Below, piece by piece: positions 26,344 through 31,058 of a DNA stretch of 31,058 nt. Below the pieces are notes generated by a model, which did no database searches, was not told the DNA's origin, and saw only the letters and a list, made by a program, of their open reading frames with translations. Where the stretch lies: contig JBHGBC010000056.1 in the NCBI GenBank assembly GCA_041946805.1, positions 1 through 31,058 of the forward strand, in the 5' to 3' direction. A program made the translations under genes and the position numbers. The DNA is from a bacterium. GTDB taxonomy: Bacteria > Hinthialibacterota > Hinthialibacteria > Hinthialibacterales > Hinthialibacteraceae. Position 1 is the first letter of the stretch; the number at the start of each line of letters is the position of its first letter.

Positions 26344-26964
26344 ATGCGTCCGAGCGGATTCACCCTTATCGAATTGCTGATCGTGGTGGCCATCATCGGG
26401 ATTCTGGCCGCCATTGCCGTGCCCAATTTCATGAACGCCCAGGTCCGGGCCAAGGTCGCCCGGGCGGAGTCGGACATGCGCAACTTGAAAACGGCGCTGG
26501 AGTCGTATCAGATCGATTACAACAATTTTCCCATGGCGCGGTCCAATCCTGTCACCAAGGAGACGGGTCAGATCAAACTCACTCACCGGTTTTATCCCCT
26601 CACCACGCCGGTGTCGTACATGAGCAGCATCCCCAGCGATCCGTTTTACAGCCAGTTGAGCGCGCACGATCCGGCGTTTTTCGACACGTACGATTATTTC
26701 GACGACTGGTCGGGGGTGAATTTCGACAAGGTCGAATCGGGCAGCGGGACGCGCGGTTACAGTTACCGCCTGGCCAGCGCCGGGCCGGACAACATCATGT
26801 GCTGGGGGCAGCCCAACTATTCCTTCAAGCCCGGGGCGACGGGGGTCGATTACAATCCCTCGAACGGGACGGTGTCGGACGGGGACATCGTGACCGTCGG
26901 GGGGACGGTGAAGAACGGGCGGTACGTGGTGGAATATCCGCTGCGGCAATACCCGCGCTGGTAG
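26344..26964 (+). CDS. Orphan type II secretion pseudopilin / type IV prepilin-like protein (GspG-like)
   Basis: G|FTLIELLIVVAIIGILAAIAVPNF; LTTPVSY, SAGPD and YNPSNG motifs; GGAGG RBS. Confidence 0.9.
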   Translation: MRPSGFTLIELLIVVAIIGILAAIAVPNFMNAQVRAKVARAESDMRNLKTALESYQIDYNNFPMARSNPVTKETGQIKLTHRFYPLTTPVSYMSSIPSDPFYSQLSAHDPAFFDTYDYFDDWSGVNFDKVESGSGTRGYSYRLASAGPDNIMCWGQPNYSFKPGATGVDYNPSNGTVSDGDIVTVGGTVKNGRYVVEYPLRQYPRW

Positions 26965-26967
26965 GGA

Positions 26968-28125
26968 TCAGGATTTGACCTTCCGCACGTATTCGATCAT
27001 GGGCGCGCGGCCCAGGTTTTGCTCGATGGTTTTGATTTTTTGATACCCGGTCCCGTAGGGGTTGTCGTCCCGGGCGCCGAGGCGTTCCAGGGCTTGGGTG
27101 TATCCCTTGAGTTGCAAGATTTCGCCCGCCACCCATTGGGCGAAGCCTTCGCGCAGTTCGGGGGATTGACCGGGGGGGCAGTTTTCCGCCTGCCAGGCGT
27201 GCGCGAATTCGTGGGCGGCGGTTTCGTAGATCATCTCCACCGGCAAGCCATAGAGCAGGAAGATTTCGGAGACGCCATTCAGGCGGCGGAACAGGCCCAG
27301 TTCCTTGCCGAACAGGGGGCTGACGAGCGATTCGCCCATTTTGGCCTTGGCCGCCTCTTCCGAGGAGGTTTTGTTCAACTGCTGGACATGGACGGCGCAG
27401 GCGGTTTTCACGCCCAGGCCGAGGCGCTGGGTGGCGAGGCGGCGCACCTCGTCCATGATGGCGCGGATCTGCTTTTCGTCGATCACGGCGCGGGCGTTGC
27501 ATTCCGGGCAGATTTTGCGGCCGTCCTGGAATACCCAATAGTTTTTGCCCAGGGGCGTGCCGCACGCGTAGCATTGGGGCCGGTGTTCCTTGCAGTCCGC
27601 GCAATAGACCTTGTCCGAGGAAGCGAACTTGTAGTACGTGCCGGTGACCGGCTGGCCGCAGGCGGCGCAGCGCTGCAGGGTGGGGAGGCATTGCGCGCAG
27701 ACGCCCACGCCGCCCGGCAGGCGTGTGACCGGGCCCGGCTGGCCGCACACCATGCACTTGGGGTATTGCAGATAGCAGCGCTGGCAGAAGAACTTGTTGC
27801 CTTCCTTGGAGGAGTAATATTTGCCTTCGATGCGTTTGCCGCACAGTTCGCAATGGATCGCGCGGGCCAGGCAGGCGCGGCAGAGGATTTCGCCCCGCTG
27901 CTTGACCACCTGGTTCGGCCGGAAGGGGAGTTTGCAGGCGGCGCAGTGGGGGAGGGCGCGGTCGCACTCCAGGCACACGTCGATGCTGACGTTATCCAAC
28001 GTGTAGGTAATGTACCGGCCGGTGATGGCCTCGCCGCAAAAATCGCAATGGACCGCTTCGGCCCGGGCGGCGGAGGCAGGCCATAGGGCCAGTAACACAA
28101 GAAGAATTAGATGGTTTGGTTTCAT
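26968..28125 (-). CDS. Secreted DA1-like zinc metallopeptidase with 12 CxxC motifs (LIM-like fingers)
   Basis: Signal peptide ending ARA|E; 12 CxxC pairs; HEFAHAW followed by LREGFAQ and NPYGTGY, as in DA1-type peptidases; GGAGG RBS. Confidence 0.85.
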   Translation of the reverse strand: MKPNHLILLVLLALWPASAARAEAVHCDFCGEAITGRYITYTLDNVSIDVCLECDRALPHCAACKLPFRPNQVVKQRGEILCRACLARAIHCELCGKRIEGKYYSSKEGNKFFCQRCYLQYPKCMVCGQPGPVTRLPGGVGVCAQCLPTLQRCAACGQPVTGTYYKFASSDKVYCADCKEHRPQCYACGTPLGKNYWVFQDGRKICPECNARAVIDEKQIRAIMDEVRRLATQRLGLGVKTACAVHVQQLNKTSSEEAAKAKMGESLVSPLFGKELGLFRRLNGVSEIFLLYGLPVEMIYETAAHEFAHAWQAENCPPGQSPELREGFAQWVAGEILQLKGYTQALERLGARDDNPYGTGYQKIKTIEQNLGRAPMIEYVRKVKS

Positions 28126-28142
28126 GCGGTCACCCTCCGTTT

Positions 28143-28171
28143 ATTATACCGAATCGGAAGCGGGGAACCAA
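28143..28171 (-). promoter_or_regulatory. Putative sigma70 promoter TTGGTT-N17-TATAAT
   Basis: Consensus -10 at 28148-28143, immediately upstream of the RBS of the DA1-like gene. Confidence 0.5.
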
Positions 28172-28285
28172 TGGAGTGAGGAGAGAAAGGGGCGGGGAAG
28201 TGGAACGGGGAGGTTTAACGAGGAGAGAAAGCGAAGGCGGATAGCCCGTGACGCGACAGGCCAAGCGGGAGAATTTCCGTATGGA

Positions 28286-29308
28286 TTATGGCCGCATGTT
28301 TTCCGACCCCTTCACCCCGGCGGTGAGGCCGGAGATGTCGTAGATATAAACGGTATTCGTACTGACTAACGCCATTCGTTTGCCATCGGGTGAAAATTCG
28401 ATTTTTCTGACGGGAAAATCGTTGTGATCCAAAACACTTACTTGGTTGGTATTCTGCACGTTCATGATTCGTGTGGGTTCCGAATCATTGATTCGGCCGA
28501 TAACGATATAATTCCCGTCAGGAGTAATACGCATCACTTGGCTTTTGGTGCGAAAACCGGGTGTTTCGCCGACCTTTTCATATGTTTTCGCATCCCAGAT
28601 ATTCATCCGCAGGTAATCAATATTATCCTGAAGAAAACTGGTCCATTCCAATATTTTTAATCCATCGTTTGTTAAATACGATAACCCATTAAATTCCGCT
28701 ACAAGATTACCATCTGGAAACAAAAATACAGTACTATTGGCTAAAATCCTCTTGCGATCGGAGAAGCATGTAATGTAATGAACCCAACTATGTATGTCGA
28801 TTATCATTGTTCCTTTCCCCGTAGTTAAATCCCATGCGTTGATATCCCCGTCTCCAGCGCCAGTTATAACATATTGATCATCTGGCGTAAAAGTTACAGC
28901 ACTATGTGGTGTTGGATAAATATAGATATTCATCCTATCTTCTTGAAAGGTTTGTAATTTGTTTAATGTTTTTATTTCCCATATCTGTGTACTTAAATGT
29001 TCTCCACTTGTCGCCAACATTTTGAGATCGTAGGAGAATGCTACACTATAGGTGGCAACTAAATTTGGTTTTTGTATTTTTTGAATGAGCGCACCATTAC
29101 TTGCATCCCAGATCTAGACATCAATGGAAGACGTAGCAAGCATAGAAGCATCCTTCGAAAAAGCTATGGCATAGACTGGATCAGTATCTTCATGTACTAT
29201 TGTAAGCATAAGCTTCGGTTGGGAATATACTTGGCAGGGAATAATAATGCATGCGAGAGACATGAAAATGATTGTGAAATTAGATATGAAAGATTTGGAA
29301 ATATTCAT
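28286..29308 (-). pseudogene. Secreted WD40/beta-propeller protein interrupted by one in-frame TAG (29114-29116)
   Basis: ORFs 29114-29365 and 28286-29020 share a frame. Translation reads ...LATSSIDV*IWDASNGALIQKIQ...VAFSYDLKMLATS. AAGGAG RBS and a signal peptide at ATG 29308; repeated xFSxDG and IWD motifs. Confidence 0.8.
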
Positions 29309-29351
29309 GATTTGTCTCCTTATAAAGGGGAATAAAAAACTTCTCAAATTA

Positions 29352-31058
29352 TTATTGAGAGTCAAATATTACAATGATAGGATTTTGCATAACGTTGGGG
29401 ATGGAGAATGAAGTGACTCCGCTGGCATAGGTTCCATAGATTGGATTGCTTGAACGATCTGTTATGCTCCATATTGCCTGGCCGGGATTTATGCTAAGAG
29501 AATATAATTTTGTAATTTTCCATGCATTACTTACATCTCCTTGAATGGTAAAACTTTTTGAGGTTGGTACAAATGTGACATAGGACTCCGACCATTTATA
29601 CCGCCATATCGCACCCCATTTTTGCCCTTCTTGGGTTTCCCATCCACACCAGGCCAGGCCTTCGGTGGTGTATGGATTCCATTCATTCTTTGTTGGGACC
29701 CATATTTTAGTGTACGGATCCTTGAGTTTTAAGGCGGGCGTGGGTGAAGTGACCGTAGTGGCATACAAAGCACGGGCGATATGCTTGATCGCTCGATGGC
29801 TGCCAAAAAAAATATTCTTGTCAAGATATTGATCCACAAAATCACGATTATGAAATCCGAAGTCTTGGAATACGATTCCGTCATCGTATTTGCCGGCGTT
29901 ATGAGAAAAATAGACGCTTCTCCCCCATCCTATTCCCGCGAAGGGCTGCATGGTGGCGTTCATCAGGGATGAACGTAAATAATAGACCGCTTGACTCGTT
30001 TCCGTGGCATTCAAGGGGGCCCAGATATTGGTTGCGCATGCGATCGGACTGAAACCATATTCCGTTACCGCAAAGTTAGGTATGTAACCTTTCTCATCGC
30101 TGATGGTATACAATGATTCAACACGCTTGAACCATTCTGTTACATTTTCAATATCAGATGCAGTGTATTCGGGTGATAAACGGCCTGTATATCCATGCAT
30201 GGAAATGGTATCTGGGAGAAAATCATAATATCCTAGTCCCGTGGAAGTCGCTTCCGAAATACATCGCGCGATAAATCCTTTGATAAATTCCCGCGCACTT
30301 CCAACTTGAATAGTCTTTGATTCAGAGTATGTTAAAGACTCGTGTTTTTCCGGTGTACCACCGCTCCAGATTTCCAAATTCTTCCATGACGCGAATGTGG
30401 AATTTTTGATGCGATTCCTTGCCGCCAAATAATAGACCGCGAAACTGGCTCCTTGAACTTGATTTCCAAAATACCAGCCGGTGGTGGTCCGGTTATTTTC
30501 CCACCAAAGACGCCGTGGATCCTTGGGATCGGATCCGTAACAATCGGATTCCTCTCCACCGATTTCGATTCCGAATATCGTCCTATCGTTAATATAATCT
30601 TTTCCTATATAAAGAAGATCATAAATATGTTGTGCATATTGATCCTTCGATAAGTGAGGAATAGGCGCGGTCGCGGAAAAACATTGATTCGCCACAGGGG
30701 CATGGATAAATACTTTTAATCCATAGGATTTGGCATAACCACAATACGTTGGCAACCATCCGATAGCGACGTCCTTTTCATCCACATACCGCAAAAATTG
30801 AAAATAATCCTGTGCGGCCCGTTCCATTCTTCCTGGTTGCCCATCTGCTTCAGTTGAATTCGGGAATATATGTACCCCATAATCCGTGGCCGCGCATTTT
30901 ACCGTCAAAAACGGCCGGCTGGCGGGCGTAACATATTCGCTCGCGCAGATCCTCCAATAAGCCGATGGCGTGTTTACCAGTTTGATTAGAAATCCCTTAT
31001 CTCCCGTATCATAGGTATATGTGGCGTAATGGGATTTGAAGGCTTGACTCAGGTTGAA
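29352..31058 (-). CDS. 5'-partial hypothetical protein with a clan GH-A-like (GH39/GH5-like) catalytic barrel
   Basis: The frame stays open to the window edge (FNLSQAFK...ICASEYVTPASRPFLTVK). EIGGEE, ISMHGY, AVTEYGFS and QAVYYLR occur in clan GH-A order. AT-rich. Confidence 0.6.
   Translation of the reverse strand, partial: FNLSQAFKSHYATYTYDTGDKGFLIKLVNTPSAYWRICASEYVTPASRPFLTVKCAATDYGVHIFPNSTEADGQPGRMERAAQDYFQFLRYVDEKDVAIGWLPTYCGYAKSYGLKVFIHAPVANQCFSATAPIPHLSKDQYAQHIYDLLYIGKDYINDRTIFGIEIGGEESDCYGSDPKDPRRLWWENNRTTTGWYFGNQVQGASFAVYYLAARNRIKNSTFASWKNLEIWSGGTPEKHESLTYSESKTIQVGSAREFIKGFIARCISEATSTGLGYYDFLPDTISMHGYTGRLSPEYTASDIENVTEWFKRVESLYTISDEKGYIPNFAVTEYGFSPIACATNIWAPLNATETSQAVYYLRSSLMNATMQPFAGIGWGRSVYFSHNAGKYDDGIVFQDFGFHNRDFVDQYLDKNIFFGSHRAIKHIARALYATTVTSPTPALKLKDPYTKIWVPTKNEWNPYTTEGLAWCGWETQEGQKWGAIWRYKWSESYVTFVPTSKSFTIQGDVSNAWKITKLYSLSINPGQAIWSITDRSSNPIYGTYASGVTSFSIPNVMQNPIIVIFDSQ

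Noticed and set aside
6213..28086. Long antisense or alternate-frame ORFs (for example 8703-10340, 13469-14905, 17636-18970, 21453-23198, 24701-25948, 27019-28086)
   Set aside because: These are shadow ORFs expected in high-GC DNA. They overlap well-supported genes and show no recognisable motifs.
26968..28125. Multiheme cytochrome c
   Set aside because: None of the 12 CxxC motifs is followed by His.
29114..29116. Genome-wide TAG reassignment
   Set aside because: Several conserved genes in the window end at TAG at their expected C-termini.

Overview
GC-rich bacterial chromosomal window. Left to right: a 5'-truncated metzincin-like Ig/CARDB protein; a 1.17-kb structured non-coding gap; an orphan GspG-like prepilin; an FG-GAP repeat protein; a solitary gcvPB; a GH51 arabinofuranosidase and an SDR. 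A ~12.5-kb Tad/Flp pilus locus follows (flp-cpaA-tadE-cpaB-cpaC-two small ORFs-cpaE-cpaF-tadB-tadC-OmpA lipoprotein-AAA+ ATPase) behind a near-consensus sigma70 promoter. After it come aroA-cmk-acpS on the minus strand, a second orphan prepilin, and a secreted LIM/DA1-like zinc peptidase. The AT-rich right end holds a WD40 gene broken by an in-frame TAG and a truncated clan GH-A-like protein. The most interesting signals are: (i) a shared C-terminal V-x-x-W-x-L-[F/Y] tail on unrelated exported proteins, a candidate sorting signal, alongside paralogous orphan prepilins with a YNPSNG motif; (ii) an atypical Tad system with a ~340-aa secretin tail, an extra ATPase, an OmpA lipoprotein and no TadD/TadG; (iii) a promoter-anchored two-hairpin sRNA candidate; (iv) a long hairpin right after flp; and (v) several REP-like families stacked in the same intergenic gaps. 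All family assignments come from motif recognition by eye, not from database searches.
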